Shown: positions 8,284-18,565, numbered from the stretch's first letter. The stretch is DNA of 32,000 nucleotides from Desulfocapsa sulfexigens DSM 10523 (GCF_000341395.1 NC_020304.1:870001-902000); one strand, 5' to 3'. The notes: generated from the letters alone by a model not told the origin. Numbers and translations are program-made.

Positions 8284-10263
8284 ATGACAAAAAGATATTA
8301 TCCACTTCTCTGTGCACAACTTTTTACCATTGCGGTCGTACCAGGTATTTCTGCAGCAGAGACAAATTCCACAACACTGATGGAAGAAGTTGTTGTCACC
8401 GCCAGCCGAACAGAAGAGAGCAGGGCCACAGTCAGTTCGAATATCAGCATCATCAGCGAAGACGATATTCGCCAATCCGCATCAGACAATGTGGCTGATC
8501 TACTGGCCGAACAGTCCATTGCCACCATCAAGAAATATCCCGGAACACTCACATCCATTGCCCTGCGTGGCTTCTCAACTGACACCCACGGGAACGACCT
8601 TCAGGGACATGTTCTGGTTCTCCTCGACGGGCGCCGTGCAGGAACCGGCAATCTTGCAAAAATTCTTACTAAAAACGTAGCGCGAATCGAGGTTATTCGT
8701 GGCCCCGGAGCTGTACAGTATGGGTCGGCAGGAATGGGCGGAGTCGTCAATGTCATAACAAAAAGAGCAACTGACAATTCGATTTTCACCGAGGCCTACG
8801 GTGGATCCTTTGACACTGCTGAAGGAAGTATCGGTGGATCTTTCCTGAAAGATGGTGTTGATTTTACCGGTTCCTACACATACGGAACCACTGGCGACTA
8901 TGACACAGGCAACGACGAGCACTATCGGAACAGCGGAATTAACTACGAAACCGGAATGAGTACCAATCTCGGCTATTCATTCTCAGAGCTAAACCGAATC
9001 GGACTGATTTTTACCCGTTTTGAGGTAGATGAAGCAGGGACCCCTGGTTTTCTGAACAGGAACGATCTGGATGACTACTCAAACAAAGAGAACTATTCCG
9101 CAGACCTCAATTTTGAAGGACAGTGTCCGCTGACAGAATCGAGAATTTTCGCCCGTTACTTCTTTGGCCAGGACGAAAACAGCTGGATGGATCCTACGGT
9201 TTCCAACCCCAGCGGCTGGAATGATGGGCAGCTGTCGAAAAACAAAACGGACCAACAGGGAGCACAATTTCAACTCAGCCGTGCTCTTGGCCTTGCGACT
9301 CTCACAGCTGGATTTGACTGGTTAGATTATGAAGTAGAAAACAGCTGGACACCAAACACAACTGAATACTCCAACTCTGCCATCTTTCTACTCAGCAGGC
9401 TCTCCTTCCTTGAAGATCGACTCAGTGCAAACATTGGACTGCGTTACGACTGGTATGATGTTGCAGTCACGAACCCGGCAGGGCACAATGCTGATGACAG
9501 CCATTTCACCCCTCAGTTTGGTGTCGCCTGGATGGTGAGCGATACATTGAAACTGAGAGCCCAATACGGAGAGGCCTTTATGATGCCTTCCGCTGACCAG
9601 ATGAGTGCCGATTACTCCAGTTTTGGTTCAAGAGTCGTTGGAAATCCTGGTCTTTCCCCCGAAAAAAGTGCTACCTGGGAGGGCGGTGTGGATTATGGTC
9701 AGAATGGATTCACTGGATCACTCACCTATTTCCATACGGATTTCAAAGACAAAATTGTCAGTGATCCCCTTCTCGATGGATCAAGGAGTTGGAAAAACCT
9801 CGGCGATGCAACCATTTCCGGTATTGAAGCGGAATTTGCCTATGATATCGGCCTGCCACTTGGCCTGGCCTGGGAAGTCCGTCCTTATCTCAATATGACC
9901 ATCCTTACCCGGTATGATGATGAGCAGAGCGGAGAGGATCTTCAAAATATCAGCGCCACGAATTATTCTGCAGGTGTCGTAGTCAACGACGGTGATGGAA
10001 TCTTTTGCCGTCTCAATACTGCCTATTCTGGAAGCCAGAATATTAAGGACTATGAATCAGACTTTCCCTACCGGAATGGCACATTGGATTCTCATATCGT
10101 GACAGACCTGACAGCCTCCTATCGCTTCTATGAAGATTCACGTTTGGGTAGCTTTACTCTACGGGGCGAGTTACAAAATATCTTCGACCAGGACTACGCC
10201 TATGTCAAAGGATACCCCATGCCAGGTCGCGGTTTCTATGCCGGACTCCGCTGGGATTTTTGA
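8284..10263 (+). CDS. btuB: TonB-dependent outer-membrane receptor, BtuB-like (riboswitch-controlled)
   Basis: The start is ATG 8284, after AGAGGAAAG. The signal peptide is MTKRYYPLLCAQLFTIAVVPGISAA. The TonB box is EEVVVTASRTEE, followed by a plug domain (RGFSTDTHGNDL...VLVLLDGRR...IEVIRGPGAVQYGS). The C-terminus RGFYAGLRWDF ends in an aromatic residue. A cobalamin riboswitch lies upstream. Confidence 0.9.
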   Translation: MTKRYYPLLCAQLFTIAVVPGISAAETNSTTLMEEVVVTASRTEESRATVSSNISIISEDDIRQSASDNVADLLAEQSIATIKKYPGTLTSIALRGFSTDTHGNDLQGHVLVLLDGRRAGTGNLAKILTKNVARIEVIRGPGAVQYGSAGMGGVVNVITKRATDNSIFTEAYGGSFDTAEGSIGGSFLKDGVDFTGSYTYGTTGDYDTGNDEHYRNSGINYETGMSTNLGYSFSELNRIGLIFTRFEVDEAGTPGFLNRNDLDDYSNKENYSADLNFEGQCPLTESRIFARYFFGQDENSWMDPTVSNPSGWNDGQLSKNKTDQQGAQFQLSRALGLATLTAGFDWLDYEVENSWTPNTTEYSNSAIFLLSRLSFLEDRLSANIGLRYDWYDVAVTNPAGHNADDSHFTPQFGVAWMVSDTLKLRAQYGEAFMMPSADQMSADYSSFGSRVVGNPGLSPEKSATWEGGVDYGQNGFTGSLTYFHTDFKDKIVSDPLLDGSRSWKNLGDATISGIEAEFAYDIGLPLGLAWEVRPYLNMTILTRYDDEQSGEDLQNISATNYSAGVVVNDGDGIFCRLNTAYSGSQNIKDYESDFPYRNGTLDSHIVTDLTASYRFYEDSRLGSFTLRGELQNIFDQDYAYVKGYPMPGRGFYAGLRWDF

Positions 10264-10297
10264 GGCAGCGGGGAATGAAGCGAACATTTTGACTTGA

Positions 10298-10324
10298 AGC
10301 CCTGAAAAGAGTACATTCAGGGCT
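10298..10324 (+). terminator. 9-bp hairpin after the btuB-like gene (possible attenuator or weak terminator)
   Basis: AGCCCTGAA-aagagtaca-TTCAGGGCT. No clear T tract follows, so read-through into the CbiK-like gene is likely. Confidence 0.3.
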
Positions 10325-10392
10325 GCTGTCATTTACAATTTCACTCAATTTCCCAGCCTATAGATGGCGATGGATCAGCCAAAGGAATCAAT

Positions 10393-11250
10393 ATGCATCA
10401 GTATGGATATATCGGCCGCAAATTGCGCGTCCCGAAACTCAAGAACAAACCAGCCATTATCATGGTCACCTTTGGTACCAGCAGTCAGGCAGAAAGGCCA
10501 CTGGGCCTGTTTCAGCAGCAGGTGGAAAAACAATTTGGGGAATACGAAACCTTCTGGGCGTACAGCTCAAACATCATCTGCAGAAAAAAGAAACTGCCGA
10601 GCCTGCAGCAGACCCTTGCAACTGTAGAGGCTGCAGGATTTCGTAAAGCTGTGGTTCAGCCCCTGCATATATTTCCGGGAACTGAGTATCAGCAGATGGC
10701 AGAGACCTGCGAATATTTCCCTGGCATTCGGGTTTTCCTCAGTGAAACCTTACTGCACCGCTGGAGCTTTGTTAAAGAGACCCTGGCCGTGGTTGAAAAG
10801 GAGTTTCTCGCTCCGGCAGAAGGCCTTAATATCCTGGCCCTCCATGGGACTCCCCTGGTTGCAGACCCGGTCAACAGCGGCTATCTCGGTCTTGAAAAAC
10901 TCGTTACAGACCGCTACCCGAACGTGCTCGCCGCATCCCTTGAGGGAGTGCCTGACAGTGACGCGGTATTTGCCGGAATACAAAACAAAAATATGGCCGA
11001 AAAGTATCGACAGATAAAAATAATTCCCATGATGTACCTGGCTGGAATGCACGCTGAAGAAGACCTTATGGCCCCAAAGAAAGTTGATAGCTGGCGTGTT
11101 ATCCTTGAATCCATGGGATTTGCTGTGGAATGTCCGATGGTTCAACATGGTAAAAAAGACTTTTTCAAGGGCCTTGCCTACTACCCGGAAATCATCTCAT
11201 TCTTCACGGACCGATTGCAACGAACCCTTGAAATAGCTGAGACCTACTAA
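10393..11250 (+). CDS. cbiK: CbiK-type (anaerobic) sirohydrochlorin cobaltochelatase-like protein, apparently cytoplasmic
   Basis: AIIMVTFGTSS matches the CbiK N-terminal strand. LALHGTP...NSGYLGLEKL matches the GHGT..Y..L His motif. IPMMYLAGMHAEEDL matches the AGdHa.nD motif. No signal peptide. RBS AAAGGAA. Confidence 0.7.
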   Translation: MHQYGYIGRKLRVPKLKNKPAIIMVTFGTSSQAERPLGLFQQQVEKQFGEYETFWAYSSNIICRKKKLPSLQQTLATVEAAGFRKAVVQPLHIFPGTEYQQMAETCEYFPGIRVFLSETLLHRWSFVKETLAVVEKEFLAPAEGLNILALHGTPLVADPVNSGYLGLEKLVTDRYPNVLAASLEGVPDSDAVFAGIQNKNMAEKYRQIKIIPMMYLAGMHAEEDLMAPKKVDSWRVILESMGFAVECPMVQHGKKDFFKGLAYYPEIISFFTDRLQRTLEIAETY

Positions 11251-11255
11251 AGCAC

Positions 11256-12110
11256 ATGTACAGACAACTCTTTGTCTTTTTCTTTTTTGTCCTATGTCTC
11301 TTCGGATCTCCTGTACAGGGGGCCGATGTCACATATCCTCAGCGCATAGTCTCCCTGGGGCCAATCAATACCGAAAACGTCTTCCTTCTGGGGGCTGGTG
11401 ATCGCCTTGTCGCCAATACCAGCTACTGCGTCCGCCCAGAGGCCGCTAAAGCCAGAGAAAAGATAGGTTCTGTAATGCAGGTTTCCATTGAAAAGATTAT
11501 TGGGCTACAACCTGACCTGGTACTGGCAACCGGCCTAACCTCGATGCAGCAAATTAAGCAGCTGGAGTCCGTTGGCATTAACGTTGTTCAGTTCAAGCAG
11601 CCATCATCTTTAGCGGATATCTGTACCCAGTTCCTCCTCCTCGGCCAGCTCCTTGGCCTTGAAAACCGGGCAAAAGCGCTCATTTCTGAAACAAAGGAAA
11701 GACTGAATAATCTTGAGAAGAAAATTGCCGGGGCGCCACCGCAGAAGGTCTTTCTTCAGGTAGGTTCCCAGCCACTATTCTCCTCGGTACCAAGCTCCTT
11801 CACCAATGACTTTATTGTCCTTGCCGGCGGCAGTAACATCGCAGCAGATCAGCAAAAAGGTACCACAAATTATGAAAAAGTGATCGCTGCCAACCCCGAT
11901 GTGATTATCATAGCCATGATGGGATCCGAAAGTGGTATTGCCTCAAAAGAACGTGAGCGATGGATGGAGATGCCTGTCATCAGTGCAGTGCAAAACAATC
12001 GGGTACATGTGATCAATCCTGACATCGCCTGCAGTCCTTCACCCGCGACCTTTACCGACACTCTTGAGATCATGGCCCGTCTGATTCACCCTGAACTCTA
12101 CACCCCATAA
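11256..12110 (+). CDS. periplasmic substrate-binding protein, BtuF / Fe-siderophore (cluster A, PBP_2) family
   Basis: The signal peptide is MYRQLFVFFFFVLCLFGSPVQGA. QRIVSLGPINTENVFLLGAGDRLVANTSYC is the typical BtuF/FhuD-type N-terminal motif. PDVIIIAM and RVHVINPD match the C-lobe. Confidence 0.75.
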   Translation: MYRQLFVFFFFVLCLFGSPVQGADVTYPQRIVSLGPINTENVFLLGAGDRLVANTSYCVRPEAAKAREKIGSVMQVSIEKIIGLQPDLVLATGLTSMQQIKQLESVGINVVQFKQPSSLADICTQFLLLGQLLGLENRAKALISETKERLNNLEKKIAGAPPQKVFLQVGSQPLFSSVPSSFTNDFIVLAGGSNIAADQQKGTTNYEKVIAANPDVIIIAMMGSESGIASKERERWMEMPVISAVQNNRVHVINPDIACSPSPATFTDTLEIMARLIHPELYTP

Positions 12111-12114
12111 AACC

Positions 12115-12729
12115 ATGAGAATTTACGAAATCATCCAAAGCGGTGGCCCGGTGATGTGGCCACTGCTCCTCTGTTCCGTGACGGTATGCACCGTTGTTCT
12201 GGAACGCAGTTTCTTCTGGATTTCCATCCAGCGCAGACGTAACCGTAAGCTGACGGATGAAGTCCTGACTCTTGCAGAAAGTGCTGACTGGAAGCTAATC
12301 CGTGAAAAAGTAACCGGCTGTCAAGACCATATCATCCGACTGCTGGTGGTTGGTATTCTGCACAGAGATTATGATATGGGCCGGGCCATGGAAGCTGAGG
12401 CGAACTTGATGATTCAGCGAATGAACCGCTTTATGCCAGTACTGGATACCATGATCACGGTGGCACCTCTGCTTGGAATATTCGGAACGGTACTCGGAAT
12501 CATCGGATCCTTTAAGATCCTTGGCAACAGTGGCATTGCCGATCCGAAGCTGGTCACATCCGGCATCGCCCAGGCACTCATCACAACTGCGGCAGGACTT
12601 GGCATCTCTATCATCGCGGTGATCCCCTACAACTACTTCAATACCCGAATAAACCGAGCAGTTCATGTGATGGAAAAGTATGCAACCAACCTGGAAGTGG
12701 TTTATGAAAAGCTGGACACCCCATCATGA
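12115..12729 (+). CDS. exbB: MotA/TolQ/ExbB proton-channel protein
   Basis: Three TM helices. The conserved C-terminal half is LDTMITVAPLLGIFGTVLGII...IAQALITTAAGLGISIIAVIPYNYF. Confidence 0.85.
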   Translation: MRIYEIIQSGGPVMWPLLLCSVTVCTVVLERSFFWISIQRRRNRKLTDEVLTLAESADWKLIREKVTGCQDHIIRLLVVGILHRDYDMGRAMEAEANLMIQRMNRFMPVLDTMITVAPLLGIFGTVLGIIGSFKILGNSGIADPKLVTSGIAQALITTAAGLGISIIAVIPYNYFNTRINRAVHVMEKYATNLEVVYEKLDTPS

Positions 12730-13139
12730 AAATTAAAGCTCAAGCAATCAAGGCACCGCGTATCGAGATGCTGCCACTCATCGATGTTGTCTTTCTGCTA
12801 CTGGTTTTCTTTATTTACGCAATGCTTTCCATGGCAGTGCATCGGGGAATGCAGCTTGATCTTCCGGAATCAACAGAGGCAACTGACAGTCATGAAAGCC
12901 CGTTTTCATTAACCATTCGTAGTGATGATAAAGATATGACACTTTTTCTCAATGAAAAACCTCTCCTCCTTTCTCAACTGGCTCAACATTTTGACTCAGT
13001 GGATACCAGCAACGGAAAAAAACCTTCAGTTCTTATTTTTGCAGACGAAAACATCAGCTACCAACAACTGTATCAGGTTCTCGATGAACTCAAAAAATGC
13101 GGGGTTTCGGATATTTCACTGCAGGCAAATCCGAAATAA
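12726..13139 (+). CDS. exbD: ExbD/TolR biopolymer transport protein
   Basis: An ATGA overlap joins it to exbB. The N-terminal motif is EMLPLIDVVFLLLVFFI. The C-terminal periplasmic domain reads VLIFADENISYQQLYQVLDELKKCGV. Confidence 0.85.
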   Translation: MKIKAQAIKAPRIEMLPLIDVVFLLLVFFIYAMLSMAVHRGMQLDLPESTEATDSHESPFSLTIRSDDKDMTLFLNEKPLLLSQLAQHFDSVDTSNGKKPSVLIFADENISYQQLYQVLDELKKCGVSDISLQANPK

Positions 13140-13145
13140 GCTCCT

Positions 13146-13811
13146 GTGCGAAGATTTATCCCTGCCCTGATCCTTGCCCTTTGTCTCCACATCTTCTTAC
13201 TGATATCAAGGTTTCCACACCTTCCAACACTTCCGCCACGTTTAACCGGGCAAGAAAGTGTTACCATCAGCCTCAGTCCAGGCAGCAGTGTTGAAAAGCA
13301 AACAGAAACCGTAACAAAAGAAGAGCAGAGGAACACCATTGAAAAACCTGAGAAGGACGAGGCCGCAGTGGAAACGTCTGAGAAAATAAATACTCACGAC
13401 AAACAACCAGTCGTTTTAAAAAAAAAGGCTGTTCAGAAAATTGTCCACTCTCCCTCAGTCCCTGAACAGAAAAAGGCAGGGGTACAGAACAGTGCCAGAC
13501 CGAGAGAGGAGAGTGAACTACCTGCTGTTCCCATCCTCGTAAAGGCCTCACCGCACTATGCAAGCAATCCAAAGCCGGAATATCCCGCACTGGCCCGCCG
13601 TCGCAACCAGCAGGGAACTGTTATGGTATCTGTAACTGTTTCAGAAAAAGGAGTTCCAGACAGGGTCAGCCTCCACAAAAGCAGCGGTTATCCACTGCTG
13701 GACAAATCTGCTCTGAAGGCAGTCACCTTATGGCACTTTCTTCCAGGAACGACAGCTGGCCATCCCGTTGCCACGGAGGTACTGATCCCGGTACATTTCA
13801 AACTTCATTAG
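13146..13811 (+). CDS. tonB: TonB-family energy transducer
   Basis: GTG start and an N-terminal TM anchor, then a Glu/Lys/Pro-rich linker. The TonB_C domain is PEYPALARRRNQQGTVMVSVTVSEKGVPDRVSLHKSSGYPLLDKSALKAVTLWHFLPG. Confidence 0.85.
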   Translation: MRRFIPALILALCLHIFLLISRFPHLPTLPPRLTGQESVTISLSPGSSVEKQTETVTKEEQRNTIEKPEKDEAAVETSEKINTHDKQPVVLKKKAVQKIVHSPSVPEQKKAGVQNSARPREESELPAVPILVKASPHYASNPKPEYPALARRRNQQGTVMVSVTVSEKGVPDRVSLHKSSGYPLLDKSALKAVTLWHFLPGTTAGHPVATEVLIPVHFKLH

Positions 13812-14102
13812 CCCACATTTCTCATATGTCGTTAACCGGCAGTCCCGATAATTCTATAAACAAAGACTGTCAGGAAATGAATGGTGGAACCGTTCATCTA
13901 CGGAAAGACACCATATCACCTTGAGACTTTAATGATAAATTTCTTAATAATTTTCATAAAAGTCCTGTTATTGCGCAAGAAATAACGACCTGATTGAGGT
14001 TATAGTTGATGGAAACTCTACTCTATATTATTGTCGACAAGCTACAAAAAGAAAGGCACCTCACTTGCCAGCGTAACCATTTGATACAAAAAGGGAAAAA
14101 CT

Positions 14103-16682
14103 TTGCTTCGAGTAAACATTCTAATCTGCATTGTTGTTGCGCTAATCTGTACAGGTTTATGGGCCATTATGAACAGGCCCGGACAGGAGCCTGTCTGGCC
14201 GTCGCGGATACAGGGCTTTTCCTTTTCTCCTCTGCGAGAGGGCGACAATCCTTCTAAAGGCCAACTCCCCTCTGAAGAAGAAATCGAGGCAGACCTGGCC
14301 CTCCTTGCCAATAAAACAAACGCCATTCGTACCTATACAGTAAACGGAGTTTATGAAAGCATCCCGCGTCTTGCCTACAAACACAACATCAATGTTGCCC
14401 TTGGTGCCTGGCTCGACAAGGATCTCGAGAAAAATGAGAAGGAGATAGCACAACTCATAAAAATAGCCAGAGAAAATTACCGAAATGTTGTTCGTGTGGT
14501 AGTCGGCAATGAAACCGTACTTCGTGGAGACCTCACCGTAAAACAACTCAATTCCTACCTTGATCGGGTACAAGCGGCCCTTGACATACCTGTAGGTACA
14601 GCAGAACCATGGCATATCTGGATAAAAGAACCATCACTTGGAGAACATGTAGACTACATCGGAGCCCATATGCTTCCCTACTGGGAAGGAATAGAACTGC
14701 AGCGGGCAGTGGGACATGTCACAAACCGGACAAGTCTACTCATGGAAAAATTTCCAAACAAACCTGTAGCTATTATGGAAGTTGGCTGGCCCAGCAATGG
14801 CCGAACCATCGGCAGAGCCCAGGCCTCCCCCTCCAACGAGGCCACATTTCTACGACGTTTTCTCAAGCGCGCCGAAAAGGAAAAATACGTCTACTACGTA
14901 ATGGAAGCCTTTGATCAGCCGTGGAAGCAGGCCAGCGAAGGAGCTGTCGGTGCATACTGGGGAGTTTACGACCTGAACCGGCATCCTAAGTTCCCCTTTG
15001 ACGCAGCAATCATCAGTATTCCTGAGTGGAAGCTGTTGGCTGGTATTTCTGTACTGATCGCCTTTATGACTTCAGCCCTGCTCTTTATTGACAGTCGCTC
15101 TCTCAGCAGTCGGGGACGCGGCTTTCTGACCGTCATTGCCTTTTCAGCGGCGTCTATGGCGGTATTGATAATCTATAATTATTTTCATCAGTACCTCACT
15201 GTTTCCACCACACTAATCGGAGTGATGCTGGTAACCGGAATGACAGGAGTTGTCCTGGTTCTGCTGACAGAGGCCCATGAGTGGGCTGAGGCAACCTGGA
15301 TCGCATATCCGCGCCGACCGTTCATACCAATAATAGTTCCCGACCAGGAGCTTCCCATGGTGTCGATCCATGTCCCAACTTACAACGAACCACCGGACAT
15401 GATGAAAGAAACGCTCCAGGCTCTTTCACGGCTCGATTACCCGAACTTCGAGGTCATCGTCATTGATAACAACACCAAGGATCCGAATGTCTGGCAACCA
15501 GTCGCCGAATTCTGTAAACAGCTTGGGCCACGCTTCAGATTTTTTCATGAAGATCCCTTACCAGGATTCAAAGCCGGGGCACTTAACTTTACCCTTGCCA
15601 AGACCGCTCCCGAGGCGGAAGTTGTGGCGGTTATCGACAGTGATTACGCTGTAGAACCCCAGTGGCTTCGTGAGCTGGCTTCACAGTTCACCGATACCCT
15701 GGTGGCTATTGTCCAGGCACCACAGGATTATCGTGACAGCAAAGAGAGTTTGTTCAAGTCAATGTGTTATTCTGAATACAAGGGATTTTTTCTCATAGGC
15801 ATGGTGACAAGAAACGAGCGTAATGCCATTATCCAGCACGGCACCATGACCATGGTCAGACGTTCTGTGCTCGAGGATGTCAACGGTTGGGCCGAGTGGT
15901 GTATCACCGAAGATGCAGAACTGGGACTCAGAATTTTCGAGAAAGGCCACAAGGCCGTCTATATTGCAGAGAGTTACGGCAAGGGCCTCATGCCGGACAC
16001 CTTCAATGATTTCAAGAAGCAGCGTTTCAGGTGGGCATATGGAGCAGTACAGATTCTGCGACGTCATGCACAGGTATTGTTTCGTCATAGTGGCTCCGGA
16101 CTTACCAGAGGACAGCGTTACCACTTTATTGCCGGCTGGCTGCCATGGATTGCAGACAGCGCAAACCTCCTTTTCACTCTTTCTGCCCTTGTCTGGTCCG
16201 TTGCCATGGCCCTGTTCCCGGATAAAATCGAATCACCGCTGCTTATCCTAACAGCCCTGCCTCTGACACTTTTCATCTTCAAGCTTGCCAAAATGCTCTA
16301 TCTGTACCGCCAGCGGGTCAAGGCAAGTATTCTCCAGACTGTTGCCTCCGCCCTGGCAGGTCTTGCCCTGTCCCATACCATATCAAAAGCCATTCTGCTG
16401 GGATTTGTAACCTCCGGAATACCATTTGCCCGCACACCGAAAAATGCGGCTTCCCATGCCCTGCTGCGAGCGTTACAATCGGCAAGGGAAGAAGCCCTGA
16501 TCATGCTGGCTCTATGGCTTTCCGCCTATTCCGTCATGGTTATACCAAGGATGTACAATACGCCGGACACCCTGGTCTGGTTCACTTTTCTGCTCGTGCA
16601 GTCTATTCCCTACATGTCTGCAGTTTTCATGGCTATTATAAGTAGTTTTTCCACCCGTAAAAATGAGGAAATCACCCTGTAA
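14103..16682 (+). CDS. ndvB: NdvB-like bifunctional GH17 (beta-1,3-glucanase/transglycosylase) - GT2 glycosyltransferase, probable (cyclic) beta-glucan synthase
   Basis: TTG start after AAGGGA and an N-terminal TM anchor. The GH17 motifs are VVGNETVLRGD (acid/base) and AIMEVGWPSNG (nucleophile signature). Then come multiple TM helices and GT2 motifs: VSIHVPTYNEPPDMM...VIVIDNNTKD, VIDSDY, TEDAEL and QRFRWAYG. GH17 followed by GT2 at about 860 aa is the NdvB architecture. Confidence 0.8.
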   Translation: MLRVNILICIVVALICTGLWAIMNRPGQEPVWPSRIQGFSFSPLREGDNPSKGQLPSEEEIEADLALLANKTNAIRTYTVNGVYESIPRLAYKHNINVALGAWLDKDLEKNEKEIAQLIKIARENYRNVVRVVVGNETVLRGDLTVKQLNSYLDRVQAALDIPVGTAEPWHIWIKEPSLGEHVDYIGAHMLPYWEGIELQRAVGHVTNRTSLLMEKFPNKPVAIMEVGWPSNGRTIGRAQASPSNEATFLRRFLKRAEKEKYVYYVMEAFDQPWKQASEGAVGAYWGVYDLNRHPKFPFDAAIISIPEWKLLAGISVLIAFMTSALLFIDSRSLSSRGRGFLTVIAFSAASMAVLIIYNYFHQYLTVSTTLIGVMLVTGMTGVVLVLLTEAHEWAEATWIAYPRRPFIPIIVPDQELPMVSIHVPTYNEPPDMMKETLQALSRLDYPNFEVIVIDNNTKDPNVWQPVAEFCKQLGPRFRFFHEDPLPGFKAGALNFTLAKTAPEAEVVAVIDSDYAVEPQWLRELASQFTDTLVAIVQAPQDYRDSKESLFKSMCYSEYKGFFLIGMVTRNERNAIIQHGTMTMVRRSVLEDVNGWAEWCITEDAELGLRIFEKGHKAVYIAESYGKGLMPDTFNDFKKQRFRWAYGAVQILRRHAQVLFRHSGSGLTRGQRYHFIAGWLPWIADSANLLFTLSALVWSVAMALFPDKIESPLLILTALPLTLFIFKLAKMLYLYRQRVKASILQTVASALAGLALSHTISKAILLGFVTSGIPFARTPKNAASHALLRALQSAREEALIMLALWLSAYSVMVIPRMYNTPDTLVWFTFLLVQSIPYMSAVFMAIISSFSTRKNEEITL

Positions 16683-16708
16683 GATCAGGATCACTTGATT
16701 CCGAAGAC

Positions 16709-18565
16709 TTATTCAGTGAGTCCGTGGGTTGAGTCGCTCTTTGTTCCCTCCAACACAATCTGCCCAGTGCTGGAGACGCCAGCACTTGGAGATAAAACAT
16801 GCTGCTTTCCCTGAAAGATGTCTATTCCCACCGTCAAGAAGCTATCCAGCCAGGTTGTGGAAACCAAGCACTCCGGTGAATTCTCACCACCTTTACAGAC
16901 ATGGACCACATCCTGCTCATCCACGACAAAATGCATCCCCCACAACGGACGAACTGCGCCATCCTCCATCGTCCCGGAATACTCAAGTATGGTCCTCTCA
17001 TTGATGCCAAGAAGTTTCACTATTTTTCCAGGTAGCTGGTAAAGGGGAATGGTACCCATATCCAGAGGACCCCGCCGTCCATCTATCACGATCAATGGAG
17101 TGGTTACATAAGTCAAAAACATTTCCGGGGTAAACTGATCCCTTGTTCCTGTCAGGGTTTCTGCCTCAACGAAGCCTCTATACCCGCCGCCAAGAAAAGG
17201 CAGATGGTCACCGAAAGCAACAATGATGCCATCAGGATCTCGGACTCGAAGATCTTCAACAAAATCCATCAACTCTTTCGACTTGTAATACATGGCATTG
17301 GCATAGGATTCAATCTCCGGTGTTTCACACCCTTCCTCACAGCGAACAACCTGCGGTCTTGACTGGTTCATCGGGTAAAGCTTTCCGCCAGCCCAGTGGC
17401 CAAAATAGGTAATAATATAGCTGAGCACAGGTTTATCTGGATCATTACGATTATCGAGCTTGTCGATTACCTGGCGATACAGAGATGAATCTGAAAGAAA
17501 ACCCAGGTTCATGTCATCAAGATTGAAATCATTAATTGACCAATAGGTATCAAAACCGATCCTTCGATATGCATTGATCCTATTCCAGAAAGAGGCGACA
17601 TTGGGATGAGAAGCCACACTGTCATAACCGTATCCCTTAAGAATGTCAGGCAGGCACGGCGCATCATTGGACATACGCCGCTCGAACTTGACATCATCAT
17701 AAACCACGGGAAAACCGCAAAGACTTTCAAATTCAGCATTAGCGGTATACCCCCCGAACACCGGACTCATAATGGCAGAATTGCCGGTGGCCTTCCACAT
17801 CTCTCTGAATCTGGGATCAAGGGGATCACGGTCAAAATCGATTGCCTTCAACCCTAAGGGATCCCAAAATGACTCAAGAAGGATAAAATGCACATTTCTC
17901 GGTGGAGGAGCCGGGGTACTCGCAGGAGTCGTCTTGCCAAGCAGGGCTTCAGAAGCGGCAAGTGCTGTTTTCCTATCCGGTGCCTGTTCGGAATCCCTGA
18001 AGAAACGTGCGGTCTCCTGGAGAGAATAAAGAGCTGCTCCCCGCCGCAGATAATTCTCCCGCTGATTCCAGACACTGTTGCCAAAACGTTTATCCAGATC
18101 TGCCACCACAGCTTCAGGATAAAATTTCAAACCAGCAGACAGGAGAATCGTTACGATCAAGACCATCCATGCAACCCGGCTGCGGAAGTGAAAATTAAAA
18201 ACCAGAAATCCTATCAAGGAAACCAGCGAACCAATAACCAGATAATAACGCCAACCGTCGAGAATCAGTATAAGTGATCTTAATGCATACACATCATCCG
18301 GCACCATCGGACCACCAAAAAACGACAGTTTGGCTGCATTGCCTACATAGAGAATGGCAATAAAAAGCCATTGCAGAGCGATGAATGCCCAGCAACGGCG
18401 GGACAGAAAAAAGAAGAGGTAGGAAATACCAAGCACAAGAGTAAAATCGACGTAAATGGCCTGCCGAAAGACAGTCACACCGAAAAAGCTGGAACTGACC
18501 ACATACGCCAAAGCGTAACCAATTATTGTGGAAAGAGTAGGTAGGAACAAAATAAGAATTCGCAT
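16709..18565 (-). CDS. LTA-synthase / phosphoglycerol-transferase (OpgB/MdoB-like) family membrane protein, alkaline-phosphatase superfamily
   Basis: Five N-terminal TM helices. The sulfatase-fold motifs are VHFILLESFWDP, GGYTANAEFESLCGF (nucleophile Thr region) and AFGDHLPFLGG. Confidence 0.8.
   Translation of the reverse strand: MRILILFLPTLSTIIGYALAYVVSSSFFGVTVFRQAIYVDFTLVLGISYLFFFLSRRCWAFIALQWLFIAILYVGNAAKLSFFGGPMVPDDVYALRSLILILDGWRYYLVIGSLVSLIGFLVFNFHFRSRVAWMVLIVTILLSAGLKFYPEAVVADLDKRFGNSVWNQRENYLRRGAALYSLQETARFFRDSEQAPDRKTALAASEALLGKTTPASTPAPPPRNVHFILLESFWDPLGLKAIDFDRDPLDPRFREMWKATGNSAIMSPVFGGYTANAEFESLCGFPVVYDDVKFERRMSNDAPCLPDILKGYGYDSVASHPNVASFWNRINAYRRIGFDTYWSINDFNLDDMNLGFLSDSSLYRQVIDKLDNRNDPDKPVLSYIITYFGHWAGGKLYPMNQSRPQVVRCEEGCETPEIESYANAMYYKSKELMDFVEDLRVRDPDGIIVAFGDHLPFLGGGYRGFVEAETLTGTRDQFTPEMFLTYVTTPLIVIDGRRGPLDMGTIPLYQLPGKIVKLLGINERTILEYSGTMEDGAVRPLWGMHFVVDEQDVVHVCKGGENSPECLVSTTWLDSFLTVGIDIFQGKQHVLSPSAGVSSTGQIVLEGTKSDSTHGLTE

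Noticed and set aside
8067-8498. ORF 8067..8498 and the 8239 start of the receptor ORF
   Set aside because: Both overlap the riboswitch expression platform and terminator. ATG 8284 has an RBS and gives a normal signal peptide.
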